Assembly (NCBI GenBank): GCA_026397715.1
Contig: JAPLUN010000685.1
Span: 77 to 64,076, forward strand
Direction: 5' to 3'
Length of the DNA: 64,000 nucleotides
Source: Verrucomicrobiota bacterium
GTDB taxonomy: Bacteria > Verrucomicrobiota > Verrucomicrobiia > Verrucomicrobiales > Verrucomicrobiaceae
A program made the position numbers and the translations under genes. Shown here in pieces: positions 1 to 8,753 of the stretch (its first letter is position 1; each line of letters starts with the position of its first letter). The notes below the pieces were generated by a model. It saw only the letters and a list, made by a program, of their open reading frames with translations, did no database searches and was not told where the DNA came from.

Positions 1-44
1 ATTATTTCTAATTTACAAGAGAACCATCCGTTATACCGACACTC

Positions 45-647
45 ATGCCCCCCAAACCCAAAGCCGCCCCCTCTATTGAATCCAGCCCTGAGGCCATCAA
101 TGAGAATCTGGGGAAACGGGTGAAAAAACTGCGAGGGGACCGCGGCTGGTCGCTCGAAGAACTCGCCACAGCGAGCGGTGTGAGCCGCTCCATGCTCAGC
201 GAAATCGAGCGTGAAAAGGCCAATCCGACGCTGACAGTCACCTTCCGCATCGCCCGGGCCTTTGGACTGACCTTGCAGGAACTGATCGAAAGCGCCGAGG
301 CCAGCGCTTCGAAAATCCTGGTCATCCGGGCCAGCGACCGCGCCCAGGTCTATCGCAGCGACAAACAGTGCGAAATCCGCACGCTTTCACCCATCAATCT
401 CGAAAAGGACGTGGAGTTTTACGAGATGACGCTGCGCCCCGGCGGCACGCTGCGCAGCCAGGCTCACTTTGAAGGCACCCGCGAGTTCCTGACCGTGGAG
501 GATGGAAGCGTGCGCATCGAATCTGACCAAAACAGCGAAGAACTCGGCAAAGGTGACTCTGGCACCTACCGCGCCGACGTGCCGCACGCCATCGTCAACA
601 CCGGCAAAGGGGACGCGCTGGTGTTCCTCGTCGTGATCTACCGCTAA
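45..647 (+). CDS. XRE-family HTH transcriptional regulator with C-terminal cupin domain
   Basis: 200-aa ORF. HTH_3-like segment LRGDRGWSLEELATASGVSRSMLSEIEREKANPTL, followed by a cupin-like half (GTREFLTVEDGSVRI...GDSGTYRADVPHAIVNTG). Confidence 0.85.
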   Translation: MPPKPKAAPSIESSPEAINENLGKRVKKLRGDRGWSLEELATASGVSRSMLSEIEREKANPTLTVTFRIARAFGLTLQELIESAEASASKILVIRASDRAQVYRSDKQCEIRTLSPINLEKDVEFYEMTLRPGGTLRSQAHFEGTREFLTVEDGSVRIESDQNSEELGKGDSGTYRADVPHAIVNTGKGDALVFLVVIYR

Positions 648-654
648 TCCAGCC

Positions 655-1201
655 ATGAACCATTCATTGCTCGCTGTCATTCTCGTCTCGCTGATTCCGA
701 GTTGCGTGATCTTTCCACACTCTGACCGTCTTGCTGGTAAGGTTTCAGGAAGTGTGGTAGATATTCATGGCCGACCGGTTTCAGGAGCAAAGGTAGAGTT
801 TCTTTTTCGCAGCAGGCGAGTGCTTGGATCAACTGAAACCAGTCGCCTTGGACTCTTCGAGTTGGGACCATTCAGGCAGTGGTTTTATGTCATCTATATC
901 GGCTCTCCTGGCGTCTTGTCCTTTTCCCTACATGCTGGAGAACTATGGATTGCCCAACGTCCTTCGTGTTCGCCACGGTTCGAGTACAGCCATCTATATG
1001 CTAGGAAACGAGTCTGATTTTCGAAAGCGGCAATCCGCAGATTATCCTGGAATTCGAATCGAGCTGCCCAATGGCGGACGATGGGCAGGCAGCACGAGAC
1101 CGGTCAAATTAATTATCTCCCCTGAGATGCAGGATAGTGTCCTGCCAATGCATTCGCATCGCGATCCTCCCAAACCGTTCATTTTCCCAACCCAACCATG
1201 A
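655..1201 (+). pseudogene. Putative lipoprotein with carboxypeptidase-regulatory-like beta-sandwich, apparently split by a 1-nt frameshift
   Basis: Two overlapping ORFs in different frames (655-1017 and 824-1201). The first starts 8 nt after the regulator stop, has a hydrophobic leader ending in Cys (LIPSC) and the motif GKVSGSVVDIHGRPVSGAKVEF. The second ends in an ATGA stop/start overlap with the M60 gene at 1198. Joining them needs a shift near the T/C runs at about 915-925. GC is visibly lower (high 40s to about 50%) than in the neighbours. Confidence 0.4.
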
Positions 1202-3402
1202 AATCAGCCACCACACTCGTCCTCCTCGCTTTTGTCGGGGTCTTGCATGCCCAGATGCCGCCTGCGCTCGTGAATGCCGAACGCGGCAAAATCCTCAGCG
1301 GCGTCAAATCGGTGCCGAAGGCAGGGGCGCCGGGCCCCATCGGTATCTGGGGAAACATGGCGTTTCCCATTCTCTCCGCGCCTGACAAGGATGGGGTCGA
1401 GATCGCCGTCGCAGCGGCGGCAGGTTATGCCAAGGGGCGCGTCATTCTCTTTGGTCACAACAGCTACCTCGCCGGGGGGGAAGGCGGAGATCACGCGAAG
1501 CTCATGGAGAACTGCGTGAATTGGGCGGCTAACAAAGAAAAGCCTCGTTTGGGCCTCAAAGGCGTGAATGCGGTCAATTTGTACAAGCAGCACGAATTCA
1601 AAGTGGAGACCTTTGACAAGATCGACAAGAGAAGTCTGAGCGACTTCGATGTCGTCATCGTGAACATGCAGGGCATCATCAGCGCCGAGGAAGGCGCGGT
1701 GGTGGCGGAGTATGTCAAAGGCGGCGGTGGCTTCATCGGCGGCATGACGGGCTGGGCTTTCGGCCAGACAAGCGGCGGCAAAGACTTGGCGGTGTCACAC
1801 GGCCTCAACCAGGCGCTGATGCCCGCAGGCATCGCGATCACGGACATGAGCGCGTTTGACCAGCTGCGCAGCTTTGAAGCACGTGTGGAACTGCCCCAAA
1901 TGATGAACGCCTCAGAGGCCATCAGTGCGATCAAAAAGCAGCGCGATGGCGGCCCCGCGCTAACGGCGGAGCAAATGAAGCAGGGCACGAATGCTATTCA
2001 AATCGCCATGGCGGCCCAGCCACCCGACCGCAGCAATCTGAAGACCGCCGTACTAGCCGCACTGGGCACTGCCGGCGCTGATGCCGTGGTGCCGACGGCC
2101 CAAGCACCACTCACCGCCGACAAGCATGCAGCGCAACGCCTGCGCCTCGGCATGGAAACACGCGTGCTGCGTCTTGCCGCAGGTGAGGGAGTGGCCGCAC
2201 ATCCCGCGCATGAATCCTTCCCCGGCAAAGTGCCTGAGGGAGCACCACGCGTCACGGGTGAGGTCAAAGTGACACCCAGCATCCCCGGCTGGACCAGCAC
2301 CGGCCTCTACGCAGCCGCAGGCGACACCATCAGCGTCACATTGCCGGAAAAACTCGCCGACAAAGGCTACGCCGTGCGCATCGGCTGCCATAGCGACACG
2401 CTGTACCATCTGGACAAATGGGAACGTGCGCCGGACATCACCCGCAGCGTTGGATTGGCCACCGCCACCACGAAAACCGCCAGCGCCTTTGGCGGGCTCA
2501 TCTACATCGAAGTTCCTGGCCGCGCCAAAGACGACGAACCCTTCACTGCCACGATTCAAAATGCCGTGCCCGCACCGCTGTTCGTTCTCGGCCAGGATGA
2601 CGATGCCAAATGGAGCGAGATCAAAAAGCGCCCAGCACCCTGGGCCGAACTCGCCTGCGACAAGATGATCGTGAGCTGCCCCACCGAGGTCGCGCGCGCC
2701 ATTAACAATCCCACCCAGCTCATGGAGTTCTGGAAGAAGGTGGTCGAAGCGCAGGACGACATCACCAATCAAACCGCTGAACGCAAACGCCCCGAACGCA
2801 TCGTGGCGGATGTACAGATCAGCGCCGGCTACATGCACAGCGGTTATCCCATCATGATTCCGACGAGCGCCGCGCCGGAGATGACGACCTTTGGCAAACT
2901 GAAGTTCCCCGGCTGGGGGTTCTACCACGAAATCGGCCACAACCATCAGCGTGGCGATTTCACCTTCGATGGCACCGGCGAGGTCACCAACAACGTCATC
3001 GGCATGTATTGCTATGACGCCGTCTTGAAGAAAGACTGGCTCATCGGCCACACCGCCATCACTGAAGAGGCACGCAAGGAGAACATCCAAAAGATCAAGA
3101 AGGCGTCCAACAAGTGGCAGGTCTGGAAAAGCGAGCCCTTCACCGCGCTGACGACTTACATTCAGCTCATGCAGGAGTTCGGCTGGGAGAGCTGGCGCAA
3201 ATATCTCTACAGCTTCGACGACTCTTCATTCGGCCCCGCCCCGAAGGGCGATGACGAGCGCCGTGACCAGTTCCTCGTGCGCTACTCCAAGATCACGAAC
3301 AAGAACCTTGGCCCCTTCTTCGATGCCTGGGGCATCCCTGTCAGCTCAGCCGCGAAGGCGGAAGTGAGCAAGCTGGATCCTTGGATGCCGAAGGGGATGT
3401 GA
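1198..3402 (+). CDS. Secreted M60-like (enhancin/TCAF-like) zinc metallopeptidase
   Basis: 734-aa ORF with an N-terminal signal-like leader (MKSATTLVLLAFVGVLHA). Zinc motif in GWGFYHEIGHNHQRGDFTF, typical of peptidase M60. The N-terminal half resembles the amidotransferase-like domain seen in TCAF-type proteins. Confidence 0.8.
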   Translation: MKSATTLVLLAFVGVLHAQMPPALVNAERGKILSGVKSVPKAGAPGPIGIWGNMAFPILSAPDKDGVEIAVAAAAGYAKGRVILFGHNSYLAGGEGGDHAKLMENCVNWAANKEKPRLGLKGVNAVNLYKQHEFKVETFDKIDKRSLSDFDVVIVNMQGIISAEEGAVVAEYVKGGGGFIGGMTGWAFGQTSGGKDLAVSHGLNQALMPAGIAITDMSAFDQLRSFEARVELPQMMNASEAISAIKKQRDGGPALTAEQMKQGTNAIQIAMAAQPPDRSNLKTAVLAALGTAGADAVVPTAQAPLTADKHAAQRLRLGMETRVLRLAAGEGVAAHPAHESFPGKVPEGAPRVTGEVKVTPSIPGWTSTGLYAAAGDTISVTLPEKLADKGYAVRIGCHSDTLYHLDKWERAPDITRSVGLATATTKTASAFGGLIYIEVPGRAKDDEPFTATIQNAVPAPLFVLGQDDDAKWSEIKKRPAPWAELACDKMIVSCPTEVARAINNPTQLMEFWKKVVEAQDDITNQTAERKRPERIVADVQISAGYMHSGYPIMIPTSAAPEMTTFGKLKFPGWGFYHEIGHNHQRGDFTFDGTGEVTNNVIGMYCYDAVLKKDWLIGHTAITEEARKENIQKIKKASNKWQVWKSEPFTALTTYIQLMQEFGWESWRKYLYSFDDSSFGPAPKGDDERRDQFLVRYSKITNKNLGPFFDAWGIPVSSAAKAEVSKLDPWMPKGM

Positions 3403-3418
3403 GGCTCTTTACCACCCA

Positions 3419-3913
3419 TCATTCGGCATCGGCTTCCCTCAACTTCCGGCTCTTGATCTGCCCCCTCCGGCAATAGGGGCAGCCGCAAGGCTTCCTCCCA
3501 TCTGAATGGGATTCAGGATAGTACCGCCAACCGGTCACCTGGTCGGGAGTGTAGATCCGGGTGATGTTTTTGGCGGGAATTGAACAGGAGAAAATGACTT
3601 CCAGACCGAGACCGGTGGTGTGATCCATGAAGATTTTCACCGCCTCTGCCGCCGTGGTTGCAATGTGCTCTTCATTGTAGCGCCCCACCGAAACTGGCAT
3701 GTCATCGTCCACGCGAAATTGAACGGCAGAGATGGTTCGAATACCCTGCCGCTTCAGTTCGCGCAGCCACTGATGGGACTGATAATAATTTTGCAGCACC
3801 GGCGTGGCAAAGACGACTTTTTCGGGTCTGCCAAAGAGTGCAACAGCCTTCATTCCGCCCTTCCGGATCATGCTGATGTCACGGTCATCGGCGAGGTGTA
3901 TGAATTGTGGCAT
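3419..3913 (-). CDS. Hypothetical protein (no family recognised)
   Basis: ATG at 3913 (MPQFIHLADDRD...). The ORF-track start at 3955 lies inside the repeat relic and is unlikely to be real. C-terminal CGCPYCRRG plus a basic tail. GC is lower than the surroundings. Confidence 0.55.
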   Translation of the reverse strand: MPQFIHLADDRDISMIRKGGMKAVALFGRPEKVVFATPVLQNYYQSHQWLRELKRQGIRTISAVQFRVDDDMPVSVGRYNEEHIATTAAEAVKIFMDHTTGLGLEVIFSCSIPAKNITRIYTPDQVTGWRYYPESHSDGRKPCGCPYCRRGQIKSRKLREADAE

Positions 3914-3926
3914 GCGTTTGAATGAA

Positions 3927-3999
3927 TCATCGCTTCGCCGGCGACGCACACACAATTTTCCTCGTCATTCCGCATGAAGACACACTGGTGGGCAGACGG
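3927..3999 (-). repeat. Direct-repeat copy B: degenerate, frameshifted duplicate of the 3' end of the PQQ-propeller gene
   Basis: The minus-strand reading ...HQCVFMRNDEE(+1 nt)IVCASPAKR* compares with ...NQCVFMRNDEEIVCASLAK* at 5503-5570. The nucleotide match is roughly 85% by eye over about 65 nt, including the stop codon. Confidence 0.7.
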
Positions 4000-4043
4000 G
4001 ATATGAGGATCACATGCTGCGCCCCCACCCTGCATCCTCACAC

Positions 4044-5463
4044 CTACACTCGAATCAATTCCCGGATAGGTGTCCCGTTTGGCACAATGGGGGTGGGACG
4101 GCCGCTGAAGTCATTGATCGTTTCTTTGGCGGAGTCGATCCCCAGATGGTGGTAAATCGTGCGGCGAGCAGGCGTGCTCGACCACGTCTTCACCGCGTTT
4201 GTCGCTAGCACCAATGATGCCGCCGGTTTGCAGACCGCCACCAGCCCAGAGGTTGGTAAAGGCACGCGGCCAGTGGTCGCGACCCGGCTGCACGACACCC
4301 GCCGCTGCACTGGCCTCGCCGGCGCCGGAACTGGCGACGTGGCTGATTTTGGGTGTTCGCCCAAACTCACCACTGACCACGACAAGCACGCGTTTGTCGA
4401 GGCCGCGCGCATACACATCCTCAATCAACGCTGAAACGGCCTGATCGAAGGCTCCGGCGCGGAAGCGCAGCGCATCAAAGACATGGTGGTTGACGGCGTG
4501 ATCGTCCCAGTTGCCCACACGACCGCATTGCGGGCCATCGAGGCAGCTCGTGATGATTTCCACACCCGATTCAACAAGACGGCGCGCCAGCAGCAGTTGC
4601 TGCCCCCAGCGATGCATGCCGTAGCGTTCGCGGGTGCGCTTGTCTTCTTTGGAGAGATCAAATGCATGGCGCGTCTGCGGATTGGTGAGCAGCGTCATCG
4701 CCTGCGCTTCGAACTGATCCATCGCGCCCATTTCACCTGCGGCATCGACGTTGCGTTCCAGATTGTCGAGACTGTGCAGCAAGGCCATGCGGTCATTCAG
4801 ACGGGCCAGCTTGGATGGGTCGGACAGGCCAACGTTTGGCACGGCGAAATCCGGACGGCTGGGATCATTCAGCACCGCCAGCGGCGAATAGGCGGCATTC
4901 ACAAACCCCGGTCCGGCGATGGTGAAGCTGTCGTAATTGATGATCGGGTTCACGCCGATGTAGTTCGGCAACGGACTGCCGCGCTTGTTTTTCGAGCGCA
5001 TGAAATTCGCCACGGTCATCCAGTCCGGCAGCAAGGGCTTGGGTTTGTCACGCGCATCCGTATCGCCACTCAGCATTTGCAGTGATCCAGCCGGATGTCC
5101 GCCGCCGGTGTGCGTCATCGAGCGCAGCAGGGTGAATTTGTCGGCGATCTTTGCCTGCAATGGAATCAACTCGGTGAGCTGCATTCCGGGCACCTTGGTT
5201 TTGATGGTCTTAAATGGGCCACGATACTCGCTGCCGATGTCCGGTTTGGGGTCATAGGTGTCGAGATGTGAGCACCCGCCGCGCAACCACACCAAAATGA
5301 CAGCGGTGCGTTCACGCACAGGCTTTGCGGCATTCTCAGCGCGAAGCTTGAGCAATCCCGGCCAGCCCAGGCTCGCAAATCCCGTGAGACCTAAGCGCAT
5401 GAAGCCACGTCGGTCCAAGGGACCGGAACAAACAGGCTGGGGCGAGGCAGAAGGCATGTGCAA
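4044..5463 (-). pseudogene. DUF1501 family protein (Tat signal), C-terminus displaced by a frameshift near 4155-4165
   Basis: The 450-aa ORF 4111-5463 has a RRGFMRLGL Tat motif and a DUF1501-like body, but ends in an unrelated 16-aa tail. The conserved family C-terminus (TIYHHLGIDSAKETINDFSGRPTPIV...IRELI) is encoded in another frame, in ORF 4044-4424, ending at TAG 4044-4046. Confidence 0.6.
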
Positions 5464-5502
5464 GCATACGGCTGCCAGCCGGGAATTCTTCGGGGCAGAG
5501 GA

Positions 5503-5570
5503 TCACTTCGCCAGCGACGCGCACACAATCTCTTCATCATTCCGCATGAAGACGCACTGATTGGCGAAGG
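5503..5570 (-). repeat. Direct-repeat copy A (in-frame 3' end of the propeller gene)
   Basis: Matches 3927-3999 (see that feature). Encodes ...NQCVFMRNDEEIVCASLAK*. Confidence 0.7.
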
Positions 5571-6822
5571 CTGGGTGTGACCACACCACAGCCCGGCGAG
5601 GATCGGTGGTGGTGGGTTTCAGGAGCTTGGCGCGACTGATCTCCTCGTAGCCTTTCGGCGTGAGATTGGCGATGATGAGATCCCCCTGCTCGTTGGCGAG
5701 GAAGAATCGGTTTTCGTGTTTGATGATGAAGGCGTTCGCCCAGCGCACGGGTGGCCCGCCGGTGGTCGCAGCAAAAGTTTCCCAGAGACGCTCGCCGGTA
5801 TCGAACTTCAGGCAGCGGAGCTGACCGTAGCTGCACACGCCGTAGATGTGGCCGTTCTCGATGAACGGAGTGCTGATGAGGCTGTGCAGTGTGTCAGTGT
5901 TCTTTTCGCTGAAGCTTTTGCCCTCCCACTGCAACGATGCTGCTGGCTTGGCGGCGTCCAGCTTGAAGCATTTCGAACTGGTGTAGAACGAGCTGAAGAG
6001 GAGCAGATCTCCCGCAAGCCTTGGAGTGGCTACGGTGAGGCCAAAACGCACATCCCATGGATAAGACCAGAGCACTTTGCCCGTGGCGGGATCGAGCGAA
6101 TTCACCGCCTGCGGATGCCAGAGGATGAGTTGCTTCGAGCCTCCAGCCTCAATCATTGTGGGCGGGCAGTAGCCGGGCTCGCGCGCATCCAGCGCACGCC
6201 AGATTTCTTTACCACTGTCCTTTTCAAAAGCGATCGCCACGCTGCCCGGACCACCGCAGAGGCAGATCAGGCGCTGACCATCGAGCAACGGATGTCCGGC
6301 AAAGCCCCACATCGGTGTCTTCGCTCCATATTCGACTTTGAAGTCGTGCGACCAGAGCACCTTGCCGTTTGCGGCATCAAGGCACAGGATGTTTCCCTCC
6401 GCGCCGAGAGTCCATACTTTGCCACCGCTCACCACCGGAGTGCAACGCGGGCCGGTGGAATAGCTTATGGTGTAGGTGCATTCGTAGCGATGCTCCCAAA
6501 CGAGCGCACCCGACTTTGCATCCAGACAAAACACGCGCTCAGTGCCGGGAACGATGCCCCGCGCGAAGGCGTTGCCAGGCACGCTGCTCTTTTCGGCCAC
6601 TTGGCGGTCCATGAGATAAACCCGGCCTTCTGCGACGGCCGGACCGGTGTACCCGCCGCCGATCTTTACCCGCCAAAGAACTTTGGGACCACCTGCTGGA
6701 AAGGTGTCGATGATGCCGGACTCGCGCCAGACGCTGTCGCTTTGAGGACCAAGCCACTGCGGCCAGTAGTCTGCACGGAGCATGGCGGACAGCAGCAGAA
6801 ATATGAAAAAGGCGGAGTGCAT
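5503..6822 (-). CDS. PQQ-like beta-propeller repeat protein (BamB-like fold), secreted
   Basis: Signal-like leader MHSAFFIFLLLSAML, then repeated W/G-rich propeller blades (VYLMD..., GALVWEH, GKVLWSH, GKVLWSY...). The ATG at 6822 is preferred over the TTG at 6828. Confidence 0.8.
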   Translation of the reverse strand: MHSAFFIFLLLSAMLRADYWPQWLGPQSDSVWRESGIIDTFPAGGPKVLWRVKIGGGYTGPAVAEGRVYLMDRQVAEKSSVPGNAFARGIVPGTERVFCLDAKSGALVWEHRYECTYTISYSTGPRCTPVVSGGKVWTLGAEGNILCLDAANGKVLWSHDFKVEYGAKTPMWGFAGHPLLDGQRLICLCGGPGSVAIAFEKDSGKEIWRALDAREPGYCPPTMIEAGGSKQLILWHPQAVNSLDPATGKVLWSYPWDVRFGLTVATPRLAGDLLLFSSFYTSSKCFKLDAAKPAASLQWEGKSFSEKNTDTLHSLISTPFIENGHIYGVCSYGQLRCLKFDTGERLWETFAATTGGPPVRWANAFIIKHENRFFLANEQGDLIIANLTPKGYEEISRAKLLKPTTTDPRRAVVWSHPAFANQCVFMRNDEEIVCASLAK

Positions 6823-6889
6823 GGACAAACAAACTCACCACCATGAATCATGTTGCAGAGGATTTCGTGTATCGCAGGTTTGGAGCATT

Positions 6890-7816
6890 ATGCTGAACCT
6901 GCCCGACTCCCAACGCCTGCACAGCCTGGTCACGGCCACCCACACGCCATTTCATGCGGATGGCTCGCTCAATCTCAACGTGGTGGAAAAACAAACGGAG
7001 TTCCTGCTCTCAAAAGGAGTAAACACCGTTTTCATCGGTGGCAGCACCGGCGAAAGCCACTCGCTCACCTATGAAGAGCGCCATCTCCTGGCCAAATTCT
7101 GGATGGCGGTTACGAAGGGCACCGCCATGCGTGTTGTGGTGCATGTGGGGGCAAACTGCGTTGCCGATGCGAAAGCGCTGGCGGAGCAGGCCGAGGACTT
7201 GGGCGCAGCAGCCATCGCGGCTTTGGCGCCGATGTACTTCAAACCAAAGAACGTCGAGGTGCTGGTGGAGACGATGGCCCAGATCGCCGCAGCAGCGCCG
7301 GACACCCCCTTCTACTACTATGACATTCCTTCAATGACCGGCGTGAATCTCTCGGTGCCTGATTTCTTGCAGCAGGCAGGCAAGCGCATCCCGAATCTGG
7401 CCGGCGTCAAATTCACCAATCCCGACCTCATGGCCTACCAGTACTGCCTGCGTGCCGACAATGGCTCCTGGGATGTGCCTTTTGGCTGTGATGAGCACAT
7501 GCTCGGCGCTTTGGCGATGGGTGCGAAAGGAGCAGCCGGCAGCGGATTCAATTTCGCCGCTCCCATTTACCTGCGCCTGCTGGCCGCGTTTGCCCAGAAC
7601 GATTTTGCCGCTGCACAGCGGGAGCAGTTTCGCGGGGTGCAGATCATCAGCACCCTCGTCAGCTACGGTTATATGGGTGCGGCAAAAGCTGTGATGGCGA
7701 TGCTGGGTGTCGATGTCGGCCCGGCCCGTCTTCCCAACACCACGCTCACCCCTGCACAAAAGGACAGGCTGCACGGTGAACTCGAAGCCATGGGCTTCTT
7801 CGAGTGGGTCAAATAA
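6890..7816 (+). CDS. N-acetylneuraminate lyase-like enzyme (DapA/NanA class I aldolase family)
   Basis: GGSTGES motif, FYYYDIPSMTGV, and a Schiff-base lysine context AGVKFTNPD resembling NanA/NPL more than DapA. The ATG at 6890 is preferred over the ORF-track start at 6782, which overlaps the propeller gene. Confidence 0.75.
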   Translation: MLNLPDSQRLHSLVTATHTPFHADGSLNLNVVEKQTEFLLSKGVNTVFIGGSTGESHSLTYEERHLLAKFWMAVTKGTAMRVVVHVGANCVADAKALAEQAEDLGAAAIAALAPMYFKPKNVEVLVETMAQIAAAAPDTPFYYYDIPSMTGVNLSVPDFLQQAGKRIPNLAGVKFTNPDLMAYQYCLRADNGSWDVPFGCDEHMLGALAMGAKGAAGSGFNFAAPIYLRLLAAFAQNDFAAAQREQFRGVQIISTLVSYGYMGAAKAVMAMLGVDVGPARLPNTTLTPAQKDRLHGELEAMGFFEWVK

Positions 7817-7821
7817 GTGGA

Positions 7822-8748
7822 TCAGCGTTTGATCCGAATCAGAGGCGTTGGCAGGTGTTCGCTGGTAATCCACAGCGTGCGGCTGTCGCTGTCATAGCAG
7901 ACACCTTCAAGTTGCCGCAGGAGTTCGGGCTCGATGCGCACCGGCACTTCTTTCAGGGCTTCGGCGAGTGATTTTTCCTTGGGCAGCAGCCATTCATACA
8001 GGCTGCTGTAGGTGGAGACGACCATCCGAGATCCATCCGGTGCAAAGCATGCCGCCGTGGTCATGCAGTTGTCATGCGGGCGCTTGCCGGCACGAATTAA
8101 CTTCGGGAAAGTCAGATCGGCCACTTTTTCGAGCACCATGCTCACCTTCGGCTGCAACGTCTGTGGAAAAGCATAGAGCGCGCACCTGCCGTCATCACTC
8201 TTGGTCAGGATGTAAAGGCGACGGGTCTGGGGATGCACGAGCAGGCTTTCGGCGTTGTATTTCCCATCCGGGTAGTTCGCACGCCAGATCTGCGGCGCGG
8301 TGGTTTCAGTTTCCGCAACAGGCTGGCCTGCGGCACTGATTTCAGGCTCGGAGATTTGATAGACCTGAATCGACGCGCGGATGAAAAGATTGTCGCCGAT
8401 GTCCCCAATGAAGAGCGTCGGAGTTCCTTGCTCATCTTTGCCAGAGGCGATGTCCTCCCAGTCAAAGTTCGCCGCATCTCGCACACGCACCTTGGCGCGC
8501 GTTTTACCACTGCGGTCGATGGCAAAGACACAAGGCTCCCCGCCGGAATCGTTCGAGGTCCAGAAAATCGAGGGATCACGGACACCCAGTGCCAGACCGG
8601 AGCTTTCATTGAGGCGCTTGTCTTCCAGGATGGCGACCTGCTTGCTCGTGCTGGGCACCGGCTTTTCCGGCCAAGCGTCCGTGCTCTGCCCGCAGCAGAC
8701 ATAAACTGCCGTGAGAGCGAACACAAACTGGAGCAGAAACGCCTTCAT
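7822..8748 (-). CDS. Secreted beta-propeller-like hypothetical protein
   Basis: Leader MKAFLLQFVFALTAVYV. Motifs ESSGLA, WTSNDSGG, DWEDIA and FIGDIGDN. Its start at 8748 lies 6 nt downstream of the amidase stop, so it is probably co-transcribed. Confidence 0.6.
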   Translation of the reverse strand: MKAFLLQFVFALTAVYVCCGQSTDAWPEKPVPSTSKQVAILEDKRLNESSGLALGVRDPSIFWTSNDSGGEPCVFAIDRSGKTRAKVRVRDAANFDWEDIASGKDEQGTPTLFIGDIGDNLFIRASIQVYQISEPEISAAGQPVAETETTAPQIWRANYPDGKYNAESLLVHPQTRRLYILTKSDDGRCALYAFPQTLQPKVSMVLEKVADLTFPKLIRAGKRPHDNCMTTAACFAPDGSRMVVSTYSSLYEWLLPKEKSLAEALKEVPVRIEPELLRQLEGVCYDSDSRTLWITSEHLPTPLIRIKR

Positions 8749-8753
8749 TTTTT

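Noticed and set aside
6782-6889. N-terminal extensions offered by the ORF track, here and at 32952, 34048, 37443, 55916, 61006, 61160, 58692, 42955, 41761 and 8823
   Set aside because: The extensions overlap neighbouring genes or intergenic hairpins and precede obvious signal peptides or conserved N-termini. Internal ATGs give family-typical starts.
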